The notes under the pieces are model-generated. The model was not told the DNA's origin and searched no databases. It saw only the letters and a list, made by a program, of their open reading frames with translations. A DNA stretch of 35,617 nucleotides from a bacterium. Its GTDB lineage: Bacteria > Zhuqueibacterota > Zhuqueibacteria > Zhuqueibacterales > Zhuqueibacteraceae. The first letter of the stretch is position 1. Every line of letters starts with the position of its first letter. This document shows, piece by piece, positions 1 through 8,631 of the stretch. A program made the position numbers and the translations under genes. The stretch covers positions 1 to 35,617 of the forward strand of contig JBIOXB010000117.1 in the NCBI GenBank assembly GCA_044869275.1, given 5' to 3'.

Positions 1-345
1 CCCTTGAGTGCAATGCTCGAACGCGGCGAAATCATCGACCGCGTTTTTTGTATCGGCCCGGTGCCGATGATGCGTGCCGTCGCCGATTTGACGCGGCCGT
101 TCAAAGTCCCGACCATGGTGAGCTTGAACCCGATCATGGTCGATGGCACCGGCATGTGCGGCGGCTGCCGCGTCACCATCGGCGACCAGATCAAATTCGC
201 CTGCGTGGACGGCCCGGATTTCGACGCGCATCAAGTCGACTTTGAGGAGCTGGTGCGAAGACAGCAGATGTATCGCAGCGACGAAAAAGAGGCTTTGCAG
301 CAGGTGGTTCAAAGGCAATGCCATGGTGAGGGAGTTTTGCTGTGA
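1..345 (+). CDS. nfnA: NfnA/SudB-like ferredoxin:NADP+ oxidoreductase small subunit (5'-partial)
   Basis: IGPVPMM and MVDGTGMCGGCRV...FACVDGPDFD [2Fe-2S] signature; lies directly upstream of a GltD-like gene; frame is open from base 1. Confidence 0.85.
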   Translation, partial: PLSAMLERGEIIDRVFCIGPVPMMRAVADLTRPFKVPTMVSLNPIMVDGTGMCGGCRVTIGDQIKFACVDGPDFDAHQVDFEELVRRQQMYRSDEKEALQQVVQRQCHGEGVLL

Positions 346-354
346 GGGATCGGT

Positions 355-499
355 GGATGGTGTATAGTAGATTGTGGATGGTAGAGTGGCGGATTGTTGG
401 ATTACTGGATTACTGGATTGCTGGATTGAGTTTCAACAGTGACCTTCAGATCAATCCATCGATCCATTAATCCAACAATCCCATAATCCAATAATCCAA
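355..499. repeat. Inverted short-period tandem array (7-mers, then 8-mers TGGATTAC versus AATCCAAT)
   Basis: ggattgtt ggattact ggattact ggattgct ... aatccatc gatccatt aatccaac aatcccat aatccaat in the nfnA-nfnB spacer. Confidence 0.8.
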
Positions 500-527
500 A
501 ACTTGGAGCGAGAGACGAGCGAGGCTT

Positions 528-1919
528 ATGGCGAAAAAAGTCATTCCAGAAAAAACTCCCATGCCGGAGCAGGCGCCGCAGCGGCGCATTACGAATTTCG
601 ACGAGGTCGCGCTCGGATATGGCGACGATCAAGCCGTGATCGAGGCCAGCCGCTGCCTGCAATGCAAAAAGCCGGTGTGCATCGCGGGTTGTCCGGTGGG
701 CATCGATATTCCGCGTTTCGTTGATATGGTGGCACACGGCGATTTCAGACGTGCGGCCGAGATCATTCGCGAGAAAAATGCGTTGCCGGCCGTTTGCGGC
801 CGTGTCTGCCCGCAAGAGAGCCAGTGTGAGCTGGTGTGCGTCATGGGCAAAAAATACCAGCCGCTCGCGATTGGCCGCCTCGAACGTTTCGTGGCGGATT
901 ATGCCTCGCAGCAAAATCATGGCGTCGCGCATTTTGAACGCGCGCCCTCGAGCGGAAAATCCGTGGCCGTGGTAGGTGCAGGGCCGGCGGGATTGACGGT
1001 TGCCGGTGAATTGATTCGTCTCGGCCATCGCGTCACCGTGTTCGAAGCGTTGCACAAGCTCGGCGGCGTATTGGTCTATGGCATTCCGGAGTTTCGTTTG
1101 CCTAAAGCCATTCTGCAAGCCGAAGTCGATCGCCTCGCGGAGTTGGGTGTCGAGTTCCGCACGAACCACGTCATTGGGCGCACGGAAATGGTGGAGGAGT
1201 TGTTGAGCCGTTATCAGGCGGTCTTCATCGGCACAGGCGCGGGCTTGCCGTATTTCATGGAGGTGCCGGGTGAGAACCTGAACGGCGTCTATTCCGCCAA
1301 TGAATTTCTCACGCGCATCAATCTCATGCGCGCGTATCGTTTTCCGCAATGGGACACGCCGGTAAGGGTCGGCAAACGCGTGGCCGTGATCGGTGGCGGC
1401 AACACGGCGATAGATGCCGTGCGCACCGCCAAGCGCTTGGGCGCAGAGCATGCGTATTTGATTTATCGCCGCTCGCGCCTCGAGCTGCCGGCGCGTCTCG
1501 AGGAAGTGCATCATGCCGAGGAGGAAGGCGTCGAGTTCCGTTTTCTCGAAGCGCCGGTCGCCGTGAAAGGAGCGGCGAATGGCTGGGTCACGGGCATCGA
1601 GTTGGTCAAAATGCAGCTCGGCGAGCCGGATGAATCTGGACGCCGGCGGCCGATCCCAATCGAAAATTCCAGCTATGTGCTTGACCTCAATACTGTCGTC
1701 GTGGCCATTGGACAAGGCCCCAATCCCCTCATTCCGCGAACGACTTCGGGATTGCACACCAGCAAGCGCGGGGTGATTGTGGTCGACCCGGAAAACGGAG
1801 CCACGAGCAAGCCAGGTGTTTTCGCCGGCGGCGATGTCGCGACCGGCGGCGCAACCGTGATTCTGGCGATGGGGGCGGGTAAGAAGGCGGCGCAGGCCAT
1901 CCACTCGTATCTGGGCTAA
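528..1919 (+). CDS. nfnB: NfnB/SudA-like large subunit (GltD-like, often annotated NADPH-dependent glutamate synthase)
   Basis: EASRCLQCKKPVCIAGCP and CGRVCPQESQCE Fe-S motifs; GAGPAG FAD-binding and GGGNTA NADPH-binding motifs. Confidence 0.88.
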   Translation: MAKKVIPEKTPMPEQAPQRRITNFDEVALGYGDDQAVIEASRCLQCKKPVCIAGCPVGIDIPRFVDMVAHGDFRRAAEIIREKNALPAVCGRVCPQESQCELVCVMGKKYQPLAIGRLERFVADYASQQNHGVAHFERAPSSGKSVAVVGAGPAGLTVAGELIRLGHRVTVFEALHKLGGVLVYGIPEFRLPKAILQAEVDRLAELGVEFRTNHVIGRTEMVEELLSRYQAVFIGTGAGLPYFMEVPGENLNGVYSANEFLTRINLMRAYRFPQWDTPVRVGKRVAVIGGGNTAIDAVRTAKRLGAEHAYLIYRRSRLELPARLEEVHHAEEEGVEFRFLEAPVAVKGAANGWVTGIELVKMQLGEPDESGRRRPIPIENSSYVLDLNTVVVAIGQGPNPLIPRTTSGLHTSKRGVIVVDPENGATSKPGVFAGGDVATGGATVILAMGAGKKAAQAIHSYLG

Positions 1920-1978
1920 GGCACAGGGCGTACGAATTATGGGTTGATGGTCATCTTGCATTTGGTTATCATATTTCA

Positions 1979-2046
1979 ACCGCGAAGGCGCGAAGAACGC
2001 AAAGAAAGCGCCAAGAAAAGCTTCGCGCTCTTTGCGTCTTCGCGGT
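1979..2046. repeat. Inverted array of 8-9 nt units (ACCGCGAAG...CTTCGCGGT), hairpin-forming
   Basis: accgcgaag gcgcgaag aacgcaaag mirrored by cttcgcgct ctttgcgt cttcgcggt. Confidence 0.8.
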
Positions 2047-2116
2047 GAACAAATCGGTTGTGGCTGCGAGCCGCAAAATTACTTTCTCAATGCAACTTAA
2101 CATGGTCAAGGTCATC

Positions 2117-2500
2117 ATGAGTTACTATTTTGCTAAACTGACGTCATACACCTTTGATGAGTCCCTCCTCCGCGTCACCGAGGAGCTTAAGAAGGAAGGG
2201 TTCGGCGTTCTCACTGAAATTGACGTGAAAGCTACGCTGAAGCAAAAACTGAACGTCGACTTCCGCCGCTACAAAATTTTAGGCGCGTGTAATCCGTCTT
2301 TTGCCTATCAGGCGCTGCAGGCGGAAGAACATATCGGCGCGATGTTGCCGTGCAACGTCATCGTCCAGGATAAGGGCAAGGGGGTTGAGGTTGCTGCCGT
2401 CGATCCCCTGGCCTCGATGGCAGGGATTAAGAACGACATGCTGGCCGGCATTGCCGGGCAGGTGCGTGAAAAACTTGCGAAGGTCATTAAAAACGTTTGA
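2117..2500 (+). CDS. DUF302 domain protein
   Basis: EGFGVLTEIDVKATLK...YKILGACNP...IGAMLPCNVIV pattern; start reassigned to ATG 2117 (MSYYF). Confidence 0.85.
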   Translation: MSYYFAKLTSYTFDESLLRVTEELKKEGFGVLTEIDVKATLKQKLNVDFRRYKILGACNPSFAYQALQAEEHIGAMLPCNVIVQDKGKGVEVAAVDPLASMAGIKNDMLAGIAGQVREKLAKVIKNV

Positions 2501-2509
2501 GGAAATCAA

Positions 2510-2938
2510 ATGATAAACAAGCAAACTTTGATTGACCATTTGAATGACGATTTCGCCGGTGAGCTGGGCGCGATCATTCAATATTTGACTTACGCTGCCA
2601 AGGCCAGCGGGCCTTTCCGTCCTCAACTCGCGCAATTTTTTTTGCAGGAGGTTGCGGATGAGCAACTGCATGCGCAATTTCTCGCCAACAAGATCGTAGC
2701 ATTAGGCGGCGAGCCCATCACCAAGCCGCGCGCCGTTCCGGCAGCGCGCACCAATCGCGAAATGTTGGAGGCCGTGCTGGCGGCCGAACGCCAGGCGACG
2801 AAAGACTACACGCAACGCGCGAAGGAAGCTGAAGAATTCGGCGACAAAGGTCTCGTCGTGCAATTGGAAGACATGGTACGCGATGAAAGCGGCCATTCCG
2901 AAGAGACCGAAAGGATTCTGCGCGACTGGCCCGTGTAA
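2510..2938 (+). CDS. Ferritin-like (bacterioferritin-related) diiron protein
   Basis: ELGAIIQY, DEQLH, ER and DESGH diiron ligand pattern; GAGGA RBS. Confidence 0.8.
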   Translation: MINKQTLIDHLNDDFAGELGAIIQYLTYAAKASGPFRPQLAQFFLQEVADEQLHAQFLANKIVALGGEPITKPRAVPAARTNREMLEAVLAAERQATKDYTQRAKEAEEFGDKGLVVQLEDMVRDESGHSEETERILRDWPV

Positions 2939-2950
2939 AGGAGGGAATGA

Positions 2951-4318
2951 ATGGAAGATGCACTTCTGCTCGGTCGTTTCCAGTTTGCTTTCACCGTGAT
3001 GTTCCACTATCTATTCCCGCAACTCACCATGGGGCTGGCCTTACTGATCGTCATCCTCAAAGGATTAGCACTCCGGAAGAAAGATGAGCACTACAACCAT
3101 GGCGCCAGGTTTTGGGCAAAAATCTTTGCCGTTAATTTCGCTATTGGCGTGGTCACCGGCATTCCCATGGAATTTCAATTCGGCACCAATTGGGCGAAAT
3201 TCTCCGCCTTTGCCGGCGGCGTAATCGGACAAACTCTGGCGATGGAAGGAGTGTTCGCTTTTTTCCTGGAATCGAGCTTCCTCGGCTTGTTTCTGTTCGG
3301 CGAAAAGAAGCTGGGCCCAACCTGGCATTTCTTCTCGGCCCTGATGGTTTTCCTCGGCTCATGGCTTTCCGGCTATTTTATCATTGCCACCAACGCCTGG
3401 ATGCAGCATCCAGTGGGGCACGAGATGGCCGCCAACGGCGCGGTGGCACTAAATAGCTTTTGGAAGCTGTTGTTGAACCCATGGATCGGCTGGCAATACA
3501 CGCACAACATGCTGGGCGCAGTCGTCACCTCCGCGTTCGTCATGGCTGCCGTGGGCGCTTATTATCTCTTGGCGAATCGCGATCTTGACTACGGCAAGAT
3601 ATTTCTCCGCGTTGGCGTGACCACAGGCTTGCTCGCGGCGATCTTGGTCGCATTCCCGACCGGCGATGGACAGGGCAAGAATGTCGCCAAGTATCAGCCG
3701 GTCACGCTCGCCGCCATGGAAGGCTTGTTCGAATCCAAAGCAGGTGCCGAGCTGATTCTCGTCGGCCAGCCCGACATGGAAAAGCTGAAAATGGACAATC
3801 CCATTCACATTCCGCGCCTGCTCAGCTTTTTGACGTACAATCGCTGGCGAGCCGAGGTGAAAGGTTTGGACGCCTTTCCGCGGTCGGATTGGCCCACGAA
3901 CATTCCGCTGTTGTATTACGGCTACCACATCATGGTCGGACTGGGAACCATTTTTATTGCGATTTTGATACTTTCGGCTTTGATGCTTTGGAAGGGCAAG
4001 CTCGCCTCCGCCCGCTGGCTGCTTTGGATTCTGATGCTGAGTTTTCCCTTTCCTTATATAGCCAACACCGCCGGCTGGATGACGGCCGAGCTGGGACGCC
4101 AACCCTGGTTGGTTTATGGATTGATGCGCACGAGCGCGGGGCTTTCTCCCACGGTTTCAGCAGGAAACAGCCTGTTCACGTTGCTCGGCTTCATGGGCAT
4201 GTATATGCTGCTGGGTTTGCTGTTTCTCTTCCTGGTGATGCGGGAAGTGCAGCATGGGCCGGGCTATTTGGCGGATGGTGTGGATGGTGGGTTGTTGATA
4301 GTGGATCGTAGATCGTAG
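2951..4318 (+). CDS. cydA: Cytochrome bd quinol oxidase subunit I
   Basis: RFQFAFT..FHYLF, EFQFGTNW, NAWMQHP, LAAMEG and ELGRQPW motifs. Confidence 0.96.
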   Translation: MEDALLLGRFQFAFTVMFHYLFPQLTMGLALLIVILKGLALRKKDEHYNHGARFWAKIFAVNFAIGVVTGIPMEFQFGTNWAKFSAFAGGVIGQTLAMEGVFAFFLESSFLGLFLFGEKKLGPTWHFFSALMVFLGSWLSGYFIIATNAWMQHPVGHEMAANGAVALNSFWKLLLNPWIGWQYTHNMLGAVVTSAFVMAAVGAYYLLANRDLDYGKIFLRVGVTTGLLAAILVAFPTGDGQGKNVAKYQPVTLAAMEGLFESKAGAELILVGQPDMEKLKMDNPIHIPRLLSFLTYNRWRAEVKGLDAFPRSDWPTNIPLLYYGYHIMVGLGTIFIAILILSALMLWKGKLASARWLLWILMLSFPFPYIANTAGWMTAELGRQPWLVYGLMRTSAGLSPTVSAGNSLFTLLGFMGMYMLLGLLFLFLVMREVQHGPGYLADGVDGGLLIVDRRS

Positions 4319-4382
4319 ATAGTGGATAGTAGATCGTAGATAGTGTCCACATCCACGATCTACCATCTACGATCTACGATTT
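4273..4382. repeat. Inverted heptamer array (TAGATAG/TAGATCG versus CGATCTA) overlapping the cydA stop
   Basis: tggatcg tagatcg tagatag tggatag tagatcg tagatag ... atccacg atctacc atctacg atctacg. Confidence 0.85.
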
Positions 4383-4400
4383 TCATAACGGAGTAGGAAA

Positions 4401-5441
4401 ATGGAAACCTTCTGGTTCATCGCCGTCGGCTTCATGCTTACGATGTACGTCATCCTGGACGGCTTCGATCTGGGCGCGGGTATTATTCATTTGTTTGCCG
4501 CGAAAACGGAGGACGAGCGGCGCGTGGTTTTGAATGCGATTGGTCCGGTGTGGGACGGCAATGAGGTCTGGTTGCTGGCCGCGGGTGGGACGCTTTACTT
4601 CGCTTTTCCAAAACTCTATGCCTCCAGCTTCAGCGGATTTTATTTGCCGCTGATGATCGTGCTCTGGCTGCTCATGTTGCGCGCCATCGGCATTGAATTT
4701 CGCCATCATATTCATCATCCCATGTGGAAATCTTTTTGGGACGGCACCTTTGCCGTGGCCAGCATCTTGCTGACGATTTTTTTCGGCGCCGCGTTGGGCA
4801 ACGTCGTGCGCGGCGTGCCGCTCAATGCCGAAGGTTACTTCTTCTCGCCGCTCTGGACGACCTTCACCATTGTCCCCGAGGCCGGTATTCTCGATTGGTT
4901 CACCGTGCTCATGGGACTCGTCGCGTTTTTCACTTTGACGGCGCACGGGGCAAATTTTATCGCTATGAAAAGCGACAACGACTTGCAACAGCGTGCCCGT
5001 GCGCTTGCCAAGCCGGCATGGTGGGGCGCGGTCATGACCTCGATTCTGGCATTGTTTGCAGCCTCTTACGTGCGCCCAACGATTTGGAATAATTACGGTG
5101 AACATGTCTGGGGCTGGATTTTCCCGCTGACTGGGCTGGCGGGCGCTCTCGGGGTTTTCTATTTTCACGCGCGGCGGCAGGAGACACGTGCGTTTCTGGC
5201 CTCCACCGTTTTTATTGGCGGCATGGCCGCCAGCACCGCTTTCGGCTTGTTCCCGAATGTTCTGCCCGCTTCCACCGCTCCGGAATTCAGCCTGACGATT
5301 TACAATGTGGCCGGGCCGGCTTATGGTCTGCGGGTGGGATTGGTATGGTGGGTGATCGGCATCACCATCGCCTTGGCGTACTTCGGGTATCTGTTTTATT
5401 CATTTCGCGGCAAAGTCAAACTGCGCGCAGAGGGGTACTAA
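4401..5441 (+). CDS. cydB: Cytochrome bd quinol oxidase subunit II
   Basis: ILDGFDLGAG and IGPVWDGNEVWL motifs; follows cydA. Confidence 0.96.
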   Translation: METFWFIAVGFMLTMYVILDGFDLGAGIIHLFAAKTEDERRVVLNAIGPVWDGNEVWLLAAGGTLYFAFPKLYASSFSGFYLPLMIVLWLLMLRAIGIEFRHHIHHPMWKSFWDGTFAVASILLTIFFGAALGNVVRGVPLNAEGYFFSPLWTTFTIVPEAGILDWFTVLMGLVAFFTLTAHGANFIAMKSDNDLQQRARALAKPAWWGAVMTSILALFAASYVRPTIWNNYGEHVWGWIFPLTGLAGALGVFYFHARRQETRAFLASTVFIGGMAASTAFGLFPNVLPASTAPEFSLTIYNVAGPAYGLRVGLVWWVIGITIALAYFGYLFYSFRGKVKLRAEGY

Positions 5442-5450
5442 GCGGATTGA

Positions 5451-5520
5451 CAAACAAATTCAAAATCCAAAGCTCAAAATCCAAGACCACTTTGGATTTT
5501 GTGTTTTGAATTTTGAGCTT
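5451..5520. repeat. Inverted heptamer array (CAAAATC/CAAAATT versus GATTTTG/AATTTTG)
   Basis: caaattcaaaatccaaagctcaaaatccaa ... ttggattttgtgttttgaattttgagctt immediately after cydB. Confidence 0.75.
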
Positions 5521-5536
5521 CCAGATGAATCCATGC

Positions 5537-5567
5537 TGTAACCGAAGCGAGGCAGAATTCATCTAAT
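5537..5567 (+). promoter_or_regulatory. Putative ECF sigma autoregulatory promoter TGTAACC-N16-CATCTAAT
   Basis: Same motif with identical spacing recurs at 6425-6455; ends 1 nt before the sigma ATG. Confidence 0.7.
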
Positions 5568-5568
5568 C

Positions 5569-6168
5569 ATGAAGAAGGACGAGAAGCAATGGCTGGCGTC
5601 CATGCGCCGCGGCGAAGCGCGCGTGCTGCACAAATTGATCGATGCCTACAGCCCGAAGTTGTACACCGTCGCGTTGCGCATTTTGCGCCATCCGCAGGAT
5701 GCCGAAGATGCCGTGCAGGAAGCTTTGCTCACGGCGATTAGAAAGATTGATCAATTCGATGGCCGGTCCAGTTTGCAGACGTGGCTATATCGTATCGCCG
5801 TGAACGCGAGCTTGATGGCTCTACGCAAACGGCGTGTGAAGCGCCGGCGCGAAGAATCTTTCGAAGTGCCGCGTTTCGAAGATCTGCGCTCGCGCGAATT
5901 GGCGGATTGGAGCGCCGACCCGGCGCGCAAAATGCTGACCGCGGAAATGCGGCAGGTCATGGAGCAGGCGATTGATCATCTGCCTGAGAAATATCGCGTC
6001 GTTTTTGTTTTGCGGGATTTGGAGGACATGTCCACGGAGGCCACAAGCGAAATTCTCGGCCTCACGCCGGCCAATGTCAAAATCCGTTTGATGCGCGCGC
6101 GCTTGTTTTTACGCGAGCGGCTGGACGATTATTTTCACGAGCATAAATCCCGCAGGGTGCGGAAATGA
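5569..6168 (+). CDS. ECF sigma-70 factor
   Basis: DAEDAVQE and TWLYRIAVN (region 2); LPEKYRVVFVLRDLE...NVKIRLMRAR (region 4). Confidence 0.92.
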   Translation: MKKDEKQWLASMRRGEARVLHKLIDAYSPKLYTVALRILRHPQDAEDAVQEALLTAIRKIDQFDGRSSLQTWLYRIAVNASLMALRKRRVKRRREESFEVPRFEDLRSRELADWSADPARKMLTAEMRQVMEQAIDHLPEKYRVVFVLRDLEDMSTEATSEILGLTPANVKIRLMRARLFLRERLDDYFHEHKSRRVRK

Positions 6169-6410
6169 AGCATCGCCAAATCTTAAACAAAGTGTGCGAG
6201 TTCATCGACGGTGAACTCGATGACGAGACTTGTGCAGCCCTGCAGCAACACCTCGCCGCTTGCCCGCGCTGCCGGATTTTCGTCGATTCCATGCGCCAGA
6301 CCATCGTGCTGTATCGCCTTTGTGACTCTCCGAAGAAAATGCCGCGGGCGGCACGCCAGCGCTTGCATGCCAAGATCGCGTTGAAATGGAAGGTTAAGAA
6401 AAAGAAGTGA
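6165..6410 (+). CDS. Zinc-binding (zf-HC2/ZAS) soluble anti-sigma factor
   Basis: FIDGEL...HLAACPRC (HxxxCxxC); ATGA overlap with the sigma stop; no transmembrane segment. Confidence 0.88.
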   Translation: MKHRQILNKVCEFIDGELDDETCAALQQHLAACPRCRIFVDSMRQTIVLYRLCDSPKKMPRAARQRLHAKIALKWKVKKKK

Positions 6411-6424
6411 TCCCGAGACGGCTT

Positions 6425-6455
6425 TGTAACCCGTTCGAGGTCATGAGCATCTAAT
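6425..6455 (+). promoter_or_regulatory. Second copy of the putative ECF promoter, upstream of the selenopeptide/thioredoxin unit
   Basis: TGTAACC (6425-6431), 16-nt spacer, CATCTAAT (6448-6455). Confidence 0.7.
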
Positions 6456-6506
6456 TGATTGAATGAACCGGAAACGAGTCATCAGAAGCAGTGGAGGGAA
6501 AAGATA

Positions 6507-6722
6507 ATGGATTTGTTTTCAGGATTGCTGTTGCTGGCGTTTTACTTCTTATTGCAGTTGGTCATTTTGCCCAAATTGGGCATTCGCACTTGAATGTCGG
6601 AAGCCTGCCAGGTTCCGGGTGAACCGCGAAAGAGTAACGCTAGCACAGCCGCAAAAGAAAATGAGTCGTTGGCCAACGCGGCAAATGACTCCAGTTTATG
6701 GAAATACCAAGAGGAGATAAAT
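6507..6722 (+). CDS. Small membrane peptide with an in-frame UGA, probably selenocysteine (MDLFSGLLLLAFYFLLQLVILPKLGIRT-U-MSEACQV...); the read-through frame continues without a stop into thioredoxin to 7049
   Basis: RBS GGAGGG 6493-6498; ATG 6507; 28 mostly hydrophobic codons; TGA 6591-6593; SECIS-like hairpin 6606-6628; UxxxxC motif. Confidence 0.6.
6606..6628 (+). other. Candidate bacterial SECIS hairpin
   Basis: TGC(CA)GGTTC-CGGGT-GAACC-GCG; 22 nt separate the UGA from the apical loop, which has G at position 2. Confidence 0.5.
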
Positions 6723-7049
6723 ATGAGCAAGCCCATTGAAATTACCGATGCGAATTTTAAGAGTGAAGTCCTGGACGCGAGCGTCCCAGTACTGGTCGAC
6801 GTCTGGGCCGATTGGTGCATGCCCTGCCGTATGATTGCTCCGGCAGTAGAGGCCGTTGCCGTGCAATACGCCGGCAAAGTCAAGGTCGGCAAAATGGATG
6901 CGGACCGCAATTTCACGCCCTCGCAATTTGAGATTCGCGGCATTCCCACGCTGCTGTTGTTCCGCAATGGCAAGGTGGTGGATCGCATTGTCGGCGCCGT
7001 GCCGCAACAGGCCATCGCCAGCCGGATCGACAAGATTTTGCTGAACTAA
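6723..7049 (+). CDS. trxA: Thioredoxin (WCMPC)
   Basis: PVLVDVWADWCMPCR and IRGIPTLLLF; own RBS GAGGAG at 6711-6716. Confidence 0.93.
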   Translation: MSKPIEITDANFKSEVLDASVPVLVDVWADWCMPCRMIAPAVEAVAVQYAGKVKVGKMDADRNFTPSQFEIRGIPTLLLFRNGKVVDRIVGAVPQQAIASRIDKILLN

Positions 7050-7057
7050 ATTTGATC

Positions 7058-7084
7058 TGCGGCGCACGAGCAGAGTGCGCCGCA
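7058..7084 (+). terminator. GC-rich 10-bp hairpin after thioredoxin (weak terminator or mRNA-stabilising stem)
   Basis: TGCGGCGCAC-gagcaga-GTGCGCCGCA followed by a pyrimidine-rich, non-poly-T tail. Confidence 0.4.
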
Positions 7085-7131
7085 TCCTCTCTGCTTTGAT
7101 CATCCACCTCATTTCCATGCGGGAATGAACG

Positions 7132-8544
7132 ATGCGCGGCACGCATACCCAATCCTCAGCACAAATAAATCAAGCTGAGTTTCATGTTGATTACATTTGG
7201 GTGGCGCTGGCGGCGGCGCTGTTCATCGGCTTTGCGATCGGCGCGCACGTGGCTGCCGTCATCGGGTTCGATTTTCCGTTAGGCCCGGGGTTTTATAGCT
7301 TCGTTCAGGTTCACGGTCACGTGCAGCTCGTGGCGTGGGTGGGATTGTTCATCATCGGTATCAGCCTGCACTTTATTCCCCGTCTGGCCGGTGTTCCCAT
7401 TACGCCTCCCAAGTGGATCGCATGGATTTTATGGCTGATCGGCTCGGGCCTGATTATCAGAAGCCTCGGCCAGTGTGTGATGCCTTATGTTGCCAACGGC
7501 ACACTCTTCGTTGCGGTGGCGTGGACGGTCGTGGTGTCCGGCTTGTTGGAATGGCTTGGCATCATTTTGTATGCGGCTCTGCTGTACAGCGCTTTTCGCC
7601 GTGTCAAAGATTTTGGCAAACGTCCGGGCTTGTCTCAAGTCGCGCCATTCTTTTTGATGATGCTGGCCGGGTGGAATCTTTACGCCGGCATCAATTTCGC
7701 TTTGCTGATGGAAATGGCCTTAAGCCAATCCCTGGTGGTGATGCAATCTTGGAATGAATTTGCGATTCAGGCCTTCATCGGTTTGGTGCTCATGCCGGTG
7801 GCGTTTGCCTTTTCCGTGCGCATGTTTCCGCTTTACCTCCGGCTGCCCGCGCCCGAGTGGCCCGTGCGCAAACTGGCATTTGCCTATGGTTTCGTCTTCA
7901 GCCTGCAGGCCGTGCCCAACCTGCCGCCGCTTGCAAGTCTTCCTTCCCAATGGCCGCTATTGCTCTCGAGCCTGGGCATGATTCTCAAAGGCAGCGTGAT
8001 TTTGATCTTCATTTGGAAGCTGGACTTGCTTACGCGCCGGCGTCTGCCTTGGACCGCCAATCGCATGTTTTCTCCCGGGGCGGAGCGGCCACGCACGCGG
8101 CCAGGCCTGCCGGACTATGGCGAGTTTGGCCGATTCGAGCGCTTGGTTTATGCTGCTTATTTCTGGCTGGTGCTCGGTGCCATACTGGAAATGCTTTCCG
8201 GCGCCAGCACAATTTTCGGTTTCACCCTCACGCACAGCAGCGACGCCGGCCGCCACGTTTATCTCATGGGCTTCATCACTCTTCTGCTCTTTGGCATGTC
8301 GGTGCGTATGATTCCCGGATTCATGCAGAAGAAGAGAATTTGGAGCGCAAAACTGGTGGGGGCGACGTTTTGGCTGGGAAATGCCGCAGCTATTCTGCGC
8401 ATCATGCCGCTGCTTTTGCCGGCGGCGGTGTTTGAGGCCGCGCCGGCGATTCTGGTTGCACTCCAGGCCGCATTCGCTGTTTCCGGCATGGTTGCCATGG
8501 CGGCGGTATTATGTTTGACCATTAATTTAATGAAGACGGTCTAA
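7132..8544 (+). CDS. NnrS-like polytopic membrane protein
   Basis: About 12 hydrophobic segments; QVHGHVQL..W.G..IIG..LHFIPR and RHVYLMGFIT..LFGM..RMIP His motifs resemble the NnrS family. Confidence 0.6.
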   Translation: MRGTHTQSSAQINQAEFHVDYIWVALAAALFIGFAIGAHVAAVIGFDFPLGPGFYSFVQVHGHVQLVAWVGLFIIGISLHFIPRLAGVPITPPKWIAWILWLIGSGLIIRSLGQCVMPYVANGTLFVAVAWTVVVSGLLEWLGIILYAALLYSAFRRVKDFGKRPGLSQVAPFFLMMLAGWNLYAGINFALLMEMALSQSLVVMQSWNEFAIQAFIGLVLMPVAFAFSVRMFPLYLRLPAPEWPVRKLAFAYGFVFSLQAVPNLPPLASLPSQWPLLLSSLGMILKGSVILIFIWKLDLLTRRRLPWTANRMFSPGAERPRTRPGLPDYGEFGRFERLVYAAYFWLVLGAILEMLSGASTIFGFTLTHSSDAGRHVYLMGFITLLLFGMSVRMIPGFMQKKRIWSAKLVGATFWLGNAAAILRIMPLLLPAAVFEAAPAILVALQAAFAVSGMVAMAAVLCLTINLMKTV

Positions 8545-8631
8545 AGACTGTCGAGCTTCGGCGCGCGGCGAAAATCTGCTCCATAACTTCTCGAGCGGCC
8601 GAACGGAATTACCTTTCTCCCATTACCAACT

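Noticed and set aside
528..1919. True glutamate synthase small subunit
   Set aside because: No GltB large subunit is adjacent; the upstream partner is NfnA/SudB-like, which favours a transhydrogenase
402..1979. 525-aa minus-strand ORF
   Set aside because: Antisense shadow of the well-supported nfnB-like gene; no recognisable motifs
4273..4382. Short repeat arrays as CRISPR
   Set aside because: Units are 7-9 nt in tandem with no unique spacers, and there are no cas genes in the window
6594..6722. ATG 6594 as the thioredoxin start (151-aa call)
   Set aside because: No RBS precedes it; the thioredoxin fold begins at 6723 after GAGGAG; the extension is better explained by UGA read-through from 6507
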